Below, in pieces: positions 9,407 to 20,047 of a DNA stretch of 64,000 nucleotides. Under the pieces are notes generated by a model, which saw only the letters and a list, made by a program, of their open reading frames with translations, did no database searches and was not told the origin of the DNA. Source of the DNA: Kiritimatiellia bacterium (GTDB lineage Bacteria; Verrucomicrobiota; Kiritimatiellia; JAAZAB01); NCBI GenBank assembly GCA_040767085.1, contig JAXGPF010000004.1, positions 224,001-288,000 of the forward strand. The letters are read 5' to 3'. The translations under genes and the position numbers were made by a program. Each line of letters begins with the position of its first letter. Within the stretch, counting starts at the first letter, position 1.

Positions 9407-12160
9407 TCAGTGGTCCGCCGGCTGGCGCTGAGCGGCGTCGGCCAAGGCCTCGGCTTCCAGCAGAACAACCGGTCCGGCGGCAGACGGGCTGACCTCGATC
9501 ATCATGCCGCGCACCGGACCGCCGTCAACCTGAACATCAACTTGGGCATCGTGATTTTGCTTGATGACCGCGGCGGGCTCCCAGTGGTCCCCGCGTAAAA
9601 CGGCAATCTCCCCCGCGCGCATGGGCGCGGCAGACGCCGTGACAAAGCGGATCGTGTCCGCCTGGATGGGAACAGGCCAGGCCAGACGCAACCATTGGCC
9701 GGGGCCAAGCACGCAAACATGGCGCGCCAGTTCATCCATCCGCCCGTCAACCAGCCGCTGGAGCAGCAACTCCCGGAATGCGTCCGGCAGCAGCAAGTCC
9801 GACTTATACTGGCCTTGATAGGATGCGGGCTCATGCAAGAAGGATGCGTCCAGGCTCAGGCCGGGCATTCCCGGCAAAAGGCTGCCGCGCTGCAAGCTGG
9901 CCCGCCCGGCGGCGGCGGCCAACGCCTCGATTTCAGCGATGGTCAGGAGGTCCAGCAACCGGGGATTGAAATCCGTGGTATAAACGCGGGCCGCATATGG
10001 AGCAAAATGCGCGCGCATGACACGGTCGTTGATAGAAGCCACCCGTCCCTCGCTGACAACCAGCAAGCGGGCGCGATCAATCTCCTTAAACCGGAAAATC
10101 ACATCCTGGTGTTGGGCGCCGCGGTTCACCGCGAATATATATAGATGCCCGTTATCTTCGCGCAGCGAAACGGTAAGCGGCGCGCCGGCCGGCCAGTATT
10201 CCACGCCGCCGGCCATTTCGGGCGCCTGGACGGCGCGCGTCAGGGTGGTCAATTCCAAGGCCAGGTGGGCATAGCCGTGGCGCACCTCCGGCACGTCAAA
10301 AGCCTGCCGCGCGGGATACCAGATAATTCCCGATGCGCCCGCCGCCACTGCCAGGAAAACGTTGTTGCGCAACTCGACGTAGTTTGGACCGCGCGATTTC
10401 GGCTGCCCTTGCGAACCAAGCATTTCCCCCCAATTCCAGGCCTGGGGTATCAGCCAAACCGGCTTGCGCCCCAGGGCGGGGCGGATAATTTCCACGATAT
10501 TGTCCAACGGCATGATGGGAATGCCGTCGGACTGGAAATTGAGGTATTTGTCGGGCAGCATGATGTCAGCGCAATCCAGGTAATCGGCGACACGCTCGGC
10601 ATGGGTATTGACGATCAGGCAGGGATGATAGGGGTCCGCCTCGCGCAGCGCGTCGTAAACCCGTCGCAAAACCGCGGGCGCTACTCCGTCGCCGGAATCC
10701 GGCTCATCCGCCAGATACCAGCCCAAAAGCGCCGGATGCGCTTGCACCGCTTCCGCCACGCGTCTGACCTTTGCCAGTTCTTCATCGGGAAATGTTTTCC
10801 AGTCGCCGCGCCTGATCAACGTCCGCGAATAGCGCCGTTGCGTGTCAAGCTGATAAGGCGAGATAATCGCCTTCAGATTGGAGCGCGCGCAGGCATCCAG
10901 GAAGCCGGTCAATGCCGGCAAGCTCTGGAACCAGGCGCCATTATAAACGGTGTTGATGTTTTTAAAACGCTCCACGGGGAAAGGCGCGGTCAATCCCGTC
11001 CAAAACCAGCCGGCCGGAACAAAAGGCGCGCCATCCACGAGGACGCGCCGATGTTCATCCACCCGGACTTCGCCGGGATGGCGCGGCAATTTGCGCAGTT
11101 GGGCGGACCAGGCTTGCCGCCGGCCGCCCTGGCTGAACTCCAGGGCTAAGCGGTACACCCCTTCTGCCAGATCATCCGCGGGCATGGATAACTCCGCGCC
11201 GCTGGCAAGATTGGCATGGGTATCGGCGCGGATGATTTCTTCGCCGCGCAGCAAACTGGCCGTCAGAAAATTTGTTCCCGCCGGATCGGGGCTGAAATAA
11301 ACCTGGTATTTCAGCATCGCCAGTTTTTGCGAATGGTAAATACAGTTGCGATACGCCGGCGCCGTGATGCGCGCATAAAAATTCGACGGGGCGCGCTCGG
11401 CCGGCATCCGGGGCGCCGCCGCTTGGGCGCCGGCGGCGGCCACCGGCGCATCGCGCCAAAACAGATCCCGTATTTCATCCCCGCCGAGGGCGCGGCTGTA
11501 AATCCGCAACTCATCCAGTTTGCCGGCATAATGGCGGCCATGGACGCCGCCGCGGATTTTGCCGCCCCAATCCTTGTCCCCCAGCCGGAGCGGCAGGCCG
11601 CCCGTTTCCGGCGCAAAGCCCATCGGCGCCGCGCCAAGCGGAATGCCGTTTTCATAGAGACGCAGTTGCCCATCACCATAGACGACGGCGATATGCTGCC
11701 AGACCTCCGGCGGATAATTGCCGAAATAGAGCATCCGCGCGTTTTTGCCGTCTGACAGGTTGACAAACAGCTTCCGGCTGGTATCGCCGCGGAAGCCGAT
11801 TGTACAACGCCGCTGGGTCGCTTTAAAGCCGTCGCGGATGGTTACAATTTCTCCGCCTTGCTCCCCGGGGGCGGGGTTCAGCCAGAACATGATCGCGCCG
11901 GCGGGCGCCAGCGGCACCTCGCCGCATTCAACAACGTTGGAGCCGTTGAACACCAGCGCGCCGCCCCGGACGCCGGGCGCCAGGGCCGCGCCCGCGGCGG
12001 CGCCATGGCGCGCATGACCGCTTTGATCAAGCACCAGGCCGTTGGTCAAGCCGTCAAAATCATAATAAAGCGCCAGCTCGACCGGCGCTGCAGCATTATC
12101 AGCCCGCCCCCACGTCCACCCGGTCAGACATGCCAAAACCAAGGCAATGCTTAACTTCAT
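9407..12160 (-). CDS. Secreted LamG-domain + unclassified glycoside-hydrolase-like TIM-barrel protein
   Basis: Signal peptide MKLSIALVLACL; LamG (LYYDFD...WQHIAV...GKLDELRIYSRAL); core VDGAPFVPAG...WYLADEP...DPYHP...GASGIIWY. Confidence 0.7.
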   Translation of the reverse strand: MKLSIALVLACLTGWTWGRADNAAAPVELALYYDFDGLTNGLVLDQSGHARHGAAAGAALAPGVRGGALVFNGSNVVECGEVPLAPAGAIMFWLNPAPGEQGGEIVTIRDGFKATQRRCTIGFRGDTSRKLFVNLSDGKNARMLYFGNYPPEVWQHIAVVYGDGQLRLYENGIPLGAAPMGFAPETGGLPLRLGDKDWGGKIRGGVHGRHYAGKLDELRIYSRALGGDEIRDLFWRDAPVAAAGAQAAAPRMPAERAPSNFYARITAPAYRNCIYHSQKLAMLKYQVYFSPDPAGTNFLTASLLRGEEIIRADTHANLASGAELSMPADDLAEGVYRLALEFSQGGRRQAWSAQLRKLPRHPGEVRVDEHRRVLVDGAPFVPAGWFWTGLTAPFPVERFKNINTVYNGAWFQSLPALTGFLDACARSNLKAIISPYQLDTQRRYSRTLIRRGDWKTFPDEELAKVRRVAEAVQAHPALLGWYLADEPDSGDGVAPAVLRRVYDALREADPYHPCLIVNTHAERVADYLDCADIMLPDKYLNFQSDGIPIMPLDNIVEIIRPALGRKPVWLIPQAWNWGEMLGSQGQPKSRGPNYVELRNNVFLAVAAGASGIIWYPARQAFDVPEVRHGYAHLALELTTLTRAVQAPEMAGGVEYWPAGAPLTVSLREDNGHLYIFAVNRGAQHQDVIFRFKEIDRARLLVVSEGRVASINDRVMRAHFAPYAARVYTTDFNPRLLDLLTIAEIEALAAAAGRASLQRGSLLPGMPGLSLDASFLHEPASYQGQYKSDLLLPDAFRELLLQRLVDGRMDELARHVCVLGPGQWLRLAWPVPIQADTIRFVTASAAPMRAGEIAVLRGDHWEPAAVIKQNHDAQVDVQVDGGPVRGMMIEVSPSAAGPVVLLEAEALADAAQRQPADH

Positions 12161-12180
12161 CAAAACAGCCTCCATCATGA

Positions 12181-13752
12181 TCAGTGCAGGTAAAACATCA
12201 TTCCGCTGCGAACATATTCATAACACCCCATGTCAACGATGCCGTCAAACCGGTCAATCCGGCGGCCGCCGCCCAGATGCACGGCGCCCTCCATCCAGGC
12301 CTGGTTGGTCCCGGCATTGATGCAGGTCGATTGATCCGACAGCCGGAAATTTTGGTTGACGCTGTCAACGAACAGCGGGTCGCCGGCAGTATTGCCGCCG
12401 CCATCCATGGTAGATGCAACGGCGGGAGTCGTGCAACTGTTGTAAAACTTGTTCACGCCATTATCCGGCAGGTAATAATTATTCTGCCCGCCCCCACGCT
12501 CGTTGTGATACAAAATAGAGTTCCAGATGGTCACCGCGGCGGCCGTGCCGTTCACCCGCACGCCGGCCGAGGATTCGAGTTCTGAATAATTGCTGACCAC
12601 GGTGCAATTGACGAAATGGTATATTCCCGTCGCCAAATTCCCTGTGCGAAGGGCTCCGCCGCGCACGCCCCGGTTGCCGGAAAACAACGTGTTGTACAGT
12701 TGCACCATCGGCATGCCGGGCTGGCAATAGATGCCGCTGCCATAACTTGCATCGCCGGTGGCAAGATTATCCCTGACGATGCAATTGGTCATGAACAATT
12801 GCCCATAGAGGTTCATCCCGGCGCCGGAGTTGACGCATTCGTTGCCGGCTACCAGGCAATTCCGCATCAGCAGATCTATATCATGATTGCTGCTGTAAAC
12901 ACCTCCGCCCACATCCACACAGGTGTTGTTTTTGACCTGGCAGTCGAGCATAGACACTTTCATGCGAATGCCGGCAAGCGATGGATAAAAATAGACTCCC
13001 GCGCCGCGCCCCTGTGTGGGCTGTCCGCCCGCCGTGTTTTGCTCAATTCGGCAATCGGCCATCGTCAAATTACATACATCGCGAAAACATATCCCGCCCG
13101 CATTTTGCGAAGCTTGATTCGCGGCGATCACGCAATTGGAAATCAGCGTGGCAAAAGCCGAATCGGCGTCGTAGCCGCGCGCATGGATGCCGCCGCCCCA
13201 GCCGCTGGCCGCGGATGTGGAATTGCTGCTGATCGCGCAATTCAGAAGTTCGCACGTGCCAGACGCGCCCTCGTTATAAACGATGTTGATGCCGGCGCCA
13301 ATGGAAGCCAGGCAGTTGGTAACGGTAAAACCGTCAACCACTACGCTCAGATTCTGGCCGGATAATTCGATCCCGAGCCCGCGATTGGCCCCGCCCCCGT
13401 CAATCGCCACCTCGCCGGGATCGCCAACCGCCCGCAATGCGACGGATTTCGCAATCCAGACCACGTGGTTGGAGCCGGGCAATGCGGAATAAACACCCGT
13501 GCTAACCCAGACGTTGCTGCCGCTTAGCGCAACGCTGACCGCTTCCTGAATATTGCTTGCCGCCGTCTCCCATGATCCGTACAAGCCCGCGGGATCGGGC
13601 GTCTGGCCATTTTGCGCCACGAAATGGTCCGCGTTCAGTCTGAGCCCCCCGCCGAAGAAAACGCCGATGACCGCCAGCCACAGCCGGCAAGCGCGCAATA
13701 CGGCGGCTAGACTCCAGGCAAAAATATTGCGACAATTATCCGGTGAACGCAT
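12181..13752 (-). CDS. Secreted parallel beta-helix protein with choice-of-anchor-Q-like C-terminus
   Basis: Repeated N..GGG(I/V) coils, then DPLFVD...NFRL...S.CINAG...DMGCYEY; ends GMMFYLH. Confidence 0.8.
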   Translation of the reverse strand: MRSPDNCRNIFAWSLAAVLRACRLWLAVIGVFFGGGLRLNADHFVAQNGQTPDPAGLYGSWETAASNIQEAVSVALSGSNVWVSTGVYSALPGSNHVVWIAKSVALRAVGDPGEVAIDGGGANRGLGIELSGQNLSVVVDGFTVTNCLASIGAGINIVYNEGASGTCELLNCAISSNSTSAASGWGGGIHARGYDADSAFATLISNCVIAANQASQNAGGICFRDVCNLTMADCRIEQNTAGGQPTQGRGAGVYFYPSLAGIRMKVSMLDCQVKNNTCVDVGGGVYSSNHDIDLLMRNCLVAGNECVNSGAGMNLYGQLFMTNCIVRDNLATGDASYGSGIYCQPGMPMVQLYNTLFSGNRGVRGGALRTGNLATGIYHFVNCTVVSNYSELESSAGVRVNGTAAAVTIWNSILYHNERGGGQNNYYLPDNGVNKFYNSCTTPAVASTMDGGGNTAGDPLFVDSVNQNFRLSDQSTCINAGTNQAWMEGAVHLGGGRRIDRFDGIVDMGCYEYVRSGMMFYLH

Positions 13753-13919
13753 AATCTGGTGCCTTTCTGATTATTGATTTACATGCCTCAGCTTTCCACG
13801 CGCCGACAGCAGACAGTTTGCGGGATTTTCCCGCAACATGCAAGACGCCGGCATCGGACGATTTCATTGCGATAAGCGCGCCAGCCCGGCTCAGGTTCCC
13901 GCTAAATCGCACTCCGGAC

Positions 13920-13937
13920 AATACACTAGAATACTCT
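13920..13937 (-). promoter_or_regulatory. Operator-like imperfect palindrome, copy 2
   Basis: Minus strand AGAGTATTCTAGTGTATT, 17/18 identical to 3562-3579. Confidence 0.6.
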
Positions 13938-13946
13938 ATAATCCGC

Positions 13947-13974
13947 ATGTTAAACAAACCGGGTGGTTTGTCAA
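13947..13974 (-). promoter_or_regulatory. Sigma70-type promoter
   Basis: TTGACA-16 bp-TAACAT on the minus strand, right after the upstream stop codon. Confidence 0.5.
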
Positions 13975-15402
13975 TCATTTTCCGGCCGCGGTGGACGGAG
14001 CCGCCGCCGCTTTAATCTCCCCGGCGGCTGCCCGCCAGGCCCCCAGCAGTCGGGCGGCGGTGTCCGCGGCGAACTGGTTGGAGCGCGGCGTGGTTTCATA
14101 GCCGCCCCGGCCGTAATTCCAGGGATTGGGAATGTAACTGGAAGGTATCTTGGCGTTGCCGGTCCCATTGCTCAACTCCGCCACCAGCAGGTGGAATTCC
14201 GGGAAAATTTCCTTGCGGAGGGCCAGGCCGATTTCCGTGAAGGGCTCGCAGGGCAGCGAGGCGATGCCCGCCCGGCCGATGAAAAGGCCGGTCAAAAGCA
14301 TCTCCATCGGCTCGCGGAACAGGGCCATTTCCAGGATTTTGGCCGCAAAGGAGCGCATGACCTCCGGCGTCTGCTTCACCAGGTCCTCCGAGGTCAGCAT
14401 CCGGCCGGGCGGCGCGGGCGGCAAATCCTTGTAGCGCTCCATGACCTCCCGCGCCTCGGCCAGTTCCGCCGCGGAAATCTCCCGCGGTTCAATGGCGACG
14501 CGCAGCGCGCGCGTGAAAAATGACTTGGCCGGCATGGCTTGCATTGCCGGCAGCGCCTGGCGGATGGTTTCCGCATACCCCTGCCCGATGCGCCGGGCTT
14601 CGGCGTAGCAGGTCTGATTCTCCCCGCTCCGCACATCGAAGTGGTTGATATTGCCGGAAGCGCCGATCAGCGGGATGGCCATGCTCCCCGCACCCAGGCT
14701 CTCCTCGAGGCTGCGCCGCGTGAATCCCGGCCAGTCGCCCGACACATCATTGCCCCCGATGGTGTCGGAATGGTTGACGATGTTGGCGAGCAACACCCGG
14801 ATTTGACCGTCCCGTGCAATCGCCAGCAGGGGAATTTCCGGATCAATTTCGCCCTCGGGCCGCTCGATGGCGGGATTCAATTTTCCCGGATTGGTCGTCA
14901 CCCCCCCGCCAGCCATCCAGTAGCGCCGGTTGAAAATAAACCGGCGCTCGCGCGTGATGCCCGCCAGGATTTCGCCCGCCGCCATGCCGGCCTGCGCCTG
15001 CCGGATGGCTGCCAGGGTTTGTTCAACAACAAAATTATTGTAACGGATATCCGCCGTCGGCTTCCCCAGGCGGATTTCCGGGGCCGTGTGGGTGTGCGTG
15101 GCGGTGAGGATCATGTTCTCCGGACGGAACAGCCACAGGCCGGCGGTCTTCAGCGCGGCATAAAGCGCGTCCGCCAGATTTTGCGAGACGTACACCAGGT
15201 CATACTGGATCAACGCCGCCCAGTCATCGCCGCTGCGGAGCGCCAGCACCCGCACCTCGATGTCGTCCAGCACTTTCTCCCACATGCGCACGTTGAAATA
15301 TCCGGCCAGCGATATGGGCATTTGCGGGTTGATACAAGCGCGGCCTAGCCCGAATTGCAGGCTGGCGGCCGGTTTATTTTTGGTTGTATGATGTTTTTGC
15401 AT
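13975..15402 (-). CDS. Neutral/alkaline ceramidase-like amidohydrolase
   Basis: INPQMPISLAGY, ATHTHTAP, FNRR, NHSDT, SGDWPG, GASGNIN, LPCEPFTEIG, GGYE. Confidence 0.8.
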   Translation of the reverse strand: MQKHHTTKNKPAASLQFGLGRACINPQMPISLAGYFNVRMWEKVLDDIEVRVLALRSGDDWAALIQYDLVYVSQNLADALYAALKTAGLWLFRPENMILTATHTHTAPEIRLGKPTADIRYNNFVVEQTLAAIRQAQAGMAAGEILAGITRERRFIFNRRYWMAGGGVTTNPGKLNPAIERPEGEIDPEIPLLAIARDGQIRVLLANIVNHSDTIGGNDVSGDWPGFTRRSLEESLGAGSMAIPLIGASGNINHFDVRSGENQTCYAEARRIGQGYAETIRQALPAMQAMPAKSFFTRALRVAIEPREISAAELAEAREVMERYKDLPPAPPGRMLTSEDLVKQTPEVMRSFAAKILEMALFREPMEMLLTGLFIGRAGIASLPCEPFTEIGLALRKEIFPEFHLLVAELSNGTGNAKIPSSYIPNPWNYGRGGYETTPRSNQFAADTAARLLGAWRAAAGEIKAAAAPSTAAGK

Positions 15403-15555
15403 GGCTGTTGCCCTTTCATCGGAGCGCAATATGCGCCCACTGCGGCCGGCTCACCGTCCCAAGCCGCTGGATCGAGTCATAATACTGCCTGCACGCAGCA
15501 CCTTCAAGTCGCTTTCCAAAGCAAGCTTTTGCAAGCCGTCTTTCGTCAGACGCCG

Positions 15556-17175
15556 TTACCCGCCGGTATACGCCCGGCGCACTGCGCTAATCGCACGCGG
15601 GCTGACACTCACCGCCGCCACCCCCGCTTCGCGCAATTGCCGGATATAGGCCGGCTCGCCCGCCAGTTCCCCGCAAACCGTCAGCGGCCGGCCGAATTCG
15701 CGGGCGGCCGCGGCGACTTCCGCCAGCAATTTCCAGAACGCCGGGCGTTCCGGGCGGTAATCATCCGCGACCAGTTCGTTGTTGCGGTCCACGGCGAACA
15801 GGTATTGGATCAGGTCGTTGGATCCGACGCTGGCGAAATCGGATTCCGCCAGCAGTTCCCGCGCCTGCAGGCAGGCCGAAGGGACTTCCAGCATGACGCC
15901 ATGCTGCGTCCTGGCCGGCGGCAAATCCTGGACGGCATCCTCGAACATGGCGCGCAGTTGCCGGAATTGATCCAAGTCCACGATCATCGGGTAAAGCACC
16001 TGCACCGGCCCCAGCGCCGCCGCCCGTGTAAGCGCCCGGGCCTGGGCGCGCCACAATTCCGCGCGCGCCAGCAGCAGGCGCCCGCCGCGGAAACCCAGCG
16101 CGGGATTTTGTTCCGGCGGCATATTTAAAAACGGCGCGGTCTTATCCCCGCCCAGGTCCAGCAGCCGGAAGGTCACGGGCCGGCCGTCCATGGCACGCAG
16201 AACGGCGCTGTACTTTTCGAACTGCTCATCCTCGGTCAGCAGGCGGCCCGCCGCGAAAAATTCGAATTCTGTGCGGTACAAGCCGATGCCTTCGGCCAGG
16301 GCGGAACGCGCGGCGGCGGCATCGGCGGCGGTGCTGATGTTTGCCAGCACGCGCAGGCCGTCCACCGGCGGCACCGGGTCCTCCGTCCGCGGCCGGCGCT
16401 TTAACGCCGCCTGGACCATCGCCGGGGGCGGATGGATGACCACGTCGCCGCTGTCGCCATCGAGCAGCAATTCGGTGCCGCAGGTCACGGCGCCGTAGAT
16501 GCCTTTAATGCCCGTTACGGCCGGGATACCCAGCGCCCGCGCCAGGATTGCGGCATGCGAGGTTTGGCCACCGCGCTCGGTGACAAAACCGCGCACAAAA
16601 CGCGCGTCCACCTCCGTGGTCAGGGTCGGCGTCAACTCCTCGGCGACAATGATGCGGTCGCGCCCCTTGCGGCAATGCGGCTGCCCGGCGCATTGCAGGC
16701 CCGGCCGGGTATTTTCCAGAATGTCCAGCAGGCGCCGCTTGATTTCGCCGATATCCGAGGCGCGTTCCCGGATGTAGGCATTATCCAATTCGAGCAGGCG
16801 GGCCTCGTACTCATCCAGCACGCGGACCACGGCCTGCGGCGCCGCGGTCCGCGCATCCACCGCGGACCTGATTTTGGCCTGGAGCGCATCATCTTCCAGG
16901 ATCATCGCCTGCGCGGTAAATATCTCCGCTTCCGCCGAACCGATGCTGGCGGTCACCTTGCGGCGCAATTCCGCCAATTGCGCCAGGGCCCGGGCGATGG
17001 CCGCCTGCAGGCGCGCATGCTCGATAGGCGGCGAAACCGCGCCGGCCGGCGGATCGGCCAAAGGCGTATGCCGGCGGTCGTTGAACAGGCAGACGCGCGC
17101 AACCGCCACGCCGCCGCTGACGGGGATACCCCGCAAGCGGATCGCACCCCCGGCGGCGGAATTCGGAATGGTCAC
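15556..17175 (-). CDS. ptsI: Phosphoenolpyruvate-protein phosphotransferase (PTS enzyme I)
   Basis: GGQTSHAAILAR phospho-His motif, GIGLYRTEF, NPALGFRG, SVGSNDLIQY, CGE. GTG 17175 follows AAGGAG; ATG 17199 is an alternative start. Confidence 0.92.
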   Translation of the reverse strand: MTIPNSAAGGAIRLRGIPVSGGVAVARVCLFNDRRHTPLADPPAGAVSPPIEHARLQAAIARALAQLAELRRKVTASIGSAEAEIFTAQAMILEDDALQAKIRSAVDARTAAPQAVVRVLDEYEARLLELDNAYIRERASDIGEIKRRLLDILENTRPGLQCAGQPHCRKGRDRIIVAEELTPTLTTEVDARFVRGFVTERGGQTSHAAILARALGIPAVTGIKGIYGAVTCGTELLLDGDSGDVVIHPPPAMVQAALKRRPRTEDPVPPVDGLRVLANISTAADAAAARSALAEGIGLYRTEFEFFAAGRLLTEDEQFEKYSAVLRAMDGRPVTFRLLDLGGDKTAPFLNMPPEQNPALGFRGGRLLLARAELWRAQARALTRAAALGPVQVLYPMIVDLDQFRQLRAMFEDAVQDLPPARTQHGVMLEVPSACLQARELLAESDFASVGSNDLIQYLFAVDRNNELVADDYRPERPAFWKLLAEVAAAAREFGRPLTVCGELAGEPAYIRQLREAGVAAVSVSPRAISAVRRAYTGG

Positions 17176-17247
17176 TCTGGCTCCTTGACTTTTTAACATG
17201 AATTTCTATTATTAACTTATTGCATCACAAAGCTCAACTTCAATTTT

Positions 17248-18513
17248 ATGGCTACCAACGACAGCGCGGCCACCCAGCCGCGCGCTGAAATATCCAATTC
17301 GTCCTCAAGCGCCGTGCCGGCGGGCGTGCCACTGCCGAGCGCGGCTCCCGCCGGGTCCAAACTGCCGCCGGCCGTGCGGCTGGTGAAGCCGGCGGCGCCG
17401 GCCGCGCCCGCCCCGGCCGCTGCCGACCAATCCGGCATCGCTTTCCGACTGCAAATCGCGGATCAGATCTGGCGGTACGTCGCCCATGGGTTGGTGATGA
17501 CCGACGCCGCGGGCCTGGTGCAATGCGCTAATCCAGCATTTATCAGCATGCTGCGTTACACCGTGGAGCAGGAACTCATCAGCCGCGATATTCGTTCCTT
17601 CCTGGCAACCGACACCGATCTGGACCGCGTGATCCAGCATCTCAATGAGCGCTGCATCTGCACCAAGCGGCTCGCGGTCAAAACCCGCGACGGCATGTCG
17701 CTGCCGGTCCAACTGACCGCCTCTCCGGTGTTCCTGCCGGATGGCCGGCTGCGCTACATGATTTTTTCCATGGATGACGCCACGGCCGACCTGGAAGCGG
17801 AAAAACTGCGGGAACAATCTGCCTTGCATACCCAGGCCGTCGCCATGTCGCAAGCCCGGCTGGCGGCCATTGCCGAATTGAGTTACGCCTTGAACGATCC
17901 GCTGCAAAACCTGCTGGGCCTGGCGGAGGAGGATCAACGCGCCGATTATCAGGAGCAAGTCAGGCGCGTGATTGAGATAGTCCGGCAGTTTCACACGCCG
18001 CCGCAAGGCGTGCCGCGCGCGGAGGCCGGCGTGGCCGAAGCGCCTCCGACCCAAATATATCCGGCCCCGGAAAAGCCGGATGGCCAATGCTCCTCCTGCA
18101 CACCGGACCTGCTGATGGTGGTGGACGATGAACCGCTGATCCGCCGCCTGTTTGACCGCCTGCTTTCCGACGCGTTTCCCCAATTGCGCATCGAACTGGC
18201 TGAAAACGGCGACCGGGCCGTCGAGCTTTTCACCCACGGCCACCATGCGCTGATTATCATGGACGTCATGATGCCTGGTCTGCGCGGCGACGAGGCTTTC
18301 AACCGCATGGCTGAAATCTGCGCGGCCAAAAACTGGGCCGCGCCCCACTTCATTTTCTGCACCGGCTTCATGCCGCCCGAGGCGGTGATAGCCATCACCC
18401 GCGATCCGCAGCACGCGCTCCTGCGTAAACCCGTCAGCCGCAAAGAGGTGGTTGCCGTCACGCAAAGGTTTCTGCAAAGCGCGCCGGGCGGCACGGGTCA
18501 TGAAAAAAGTTGA
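17248..18513 (+). CDS. PAS + degenerate HisKA-like helix + response-regulator receiver protein
   Basis: PAS (TDAAGLVQCANPAF...ELI), ELSYALNDPL, REC (VVDDE...MDVMMPG...CTG...RKP). No HATPase domain. Confidence 0.75.
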   Translation: MATNDSAATQPRAEISNSSSSAVPAGVPLPSAAPAGSKLPPAVRLVKPAAPAAPAPAAADQSGIAFRLQIADQIWRYVAHGLVMTDAAGLVQCANPAFISMLRYTVEQELISRDIRSFLATDTDLDRVIQHLNERCICTKRLAVKTRDGMSLPVQLTASPVFLPDGRLRYMIFSMDDATADLEAEKLREQSALHTQAVAMSQARLAAIAELSYALNDPLQNLLGLAEEDQRADYQEQVRRVIEIVRQFHTPPQGVPRAEAGVAEAPPTQIYPAPEKPDGQCSSCTPDLLMVVDDEPLIRRLFDRLLSDAFPQLRIELAENGDRAVELFTHGHHALIIMDVMMPGLRGDEAFNRMAEICAAKNWAAPHFIFCTGFMPPEAVIAITRDPQHALLRKPVSRKEVVAVTQRFLQSAPGGTGHEKS

Positions 18514-18546
18514 TCTTTTACGCGCAGATTGTATGATCCGGGCTTG

Positions 18547-20043
18547 ATGCAACTTTTTGGTCAACGCGGTTCAATCCTGACGGCTTGGTTTTTGGCCGCT
18601 GGCCGGCTGTTGCGGCCACTGCGGCTGGCCGCCGCCGGCCTGGTCTTATGCGCCGGCATGTGCGCGGATGGGAGCACGGGCGCAACGGCCGCGGCCGACG
18701 GCCGGCCCGCGGCCGCATCCCCCGGCCCAACTTATATCATTCCCATTGAAGGTCCGATCGAAAAAGCGCTTTTGTACGTTATCCGCCGCGGCCTGGCGCA
18801 GGCGGCGGAACAGCAGGCCGGCGCCGTGGTGTTCGTCATCAACACGCCGGGCGGCCAGTTGGATGCCACGGAGGAAATCATCCGCCTGCTCCTGCAAACG
18901 CGCGTGCCAACCTGCACGCTGGTGCAATCGCGCGCGCTTTCCGCGGGCGCCATCATCGCCATGGCCACCGACCGAATCTACATGACGCCAGGCAGCGTCA
19001 TCGGCGATGCCCTGCCGATCATGATCACGCCTTTCGGCGGCGTCCAGGATCTGCCGGAAGCCATCCAGGAAAAAGCCGTCTCCGGCGTCGCTGCCATAAT
19101 CCGTTCCGCAGCCCAGCAAAAGGGACACGACCCGCAACTGGCGGAAGCCATGGTGCGGCGCGAGCTGGAATATAAATCCGGCGACGTCGTCATCAGCCCG
19201 GCCGGCCAATTGCTGACGCTCACCGACACGGAAGCCGCCCGGCCGACCGGCGCGGACGGACAGCCGTTGCTTTCGCGGGGGACCGTGGCCAACCTGGCGG
19301 AATTGCTGCAACGCGAGGGCCGCGACGCGAAAAAAACCTTGACCTTGCAGGTAACGGCGGCCGAGAGAATCGCGCGCCTGATCGAATCTTTTTCCGTGAT
19401 CCTGCTGGCAGCCGGCCTGCTGGGGTTTTACATCGAGTTTAAAACTCCGGGGTTCGGCCTGCCGGGCATCGCCGGTGTCATCTGCCTGGCCCTGTTTTTC
19501 TGGGGACATCACATCGCCGGCCTGGCCGGCATGGGTGAAATTCTGATCTTCATCATCGGCGCAGTCTGCCTGGCGGTGGAAATTTTCGTGACGCCCGGGT
19601 TCGGCCTCCTGGGCATCTCCGGTTTGCTGATGATGCTGTTCGCCCTGTTTTCCGCCATGGCGCCCAGCCTGCCGGATTGGCAATGGCAGACCATCGCCGG
19701 CGGCAAACTGCAAGTCCCCCTGTTGAAAGCTGCCGGCGCCGTCGTCCTGGGCGGGGTGGCCGCCTGGTTCGTCGGAACGCGCCTGCCGCGCTCCTCTGTC
19801 TTCCAACGCATCACCTTGCAGGCATCCCACGACCGCCAACGCGGTTTCAGCGCCGGACCCGACACCCGCCAATGGCTGGACCAGGCCGGGCAAGCCCTGA
19901 CCGATCTGCGCCCCGCGGGCATCGGCGCCTTTGACGGGCAACGGCTGGACATCGTCACGCGGGGCGAGTACCTGCCCGCCGGCACACCGGTCAGGATTGT
20001 GGAAACCCACGGCGCGCGGATTATTGTGGAGGAAACGACCTAA
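18547..20043 (+). CDS. nfeD: Long NfeD (ClpP-like serine protease + TM + OB fold); start uncertain
   Basis: INTPGG, ALSAGA, EFKTPGFG, C-terminal TDLRPAG. Confidence 0.88.
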   Translation: MQLFGQRGSILTAWFLAAGRLLRPLRLAAAGLVLCAGMCADGSTGATAAADGRPAAASPGPTYIIPIEGPIEKALLYVIRRGLAQAAEQQAGAVVFVINTPGGQLDATEEIIRLLLQTRVPTCTLVQSRALSAGAIIAMATDRIYMTPGSVIGDALPIMITPFGGVQDLPEAIQEKAVSGVAAIIRSAAQQKGHDPQLAEAMVRRELEYKSGDVVISPAGQLLTLTDTEAARPTGADGQPLLSRGTVANLAELLQREGRDAKKTLTLQVTAAERIARLIESFSVILLAAGLLGFYIEFKTPGFGLPGIAGVICLALFFWGHHIAGLAGMGEILIFIIGAVCLAVEIFVTPGFGLLGISGLLMMLFALFSAMAPSLPDWQWQTIAGGKLQVPLLKAAGAVVLGGVAAWFVGTRLPRSSVFQRITLQASHDRQRGFSAGPDTRQWLDQAGQALTDLRPAGIGAFDGQRLDIVTRGEYLPAGTPVRIVETHGARIIVEETT

Positions 20044-20047
20044 AACC

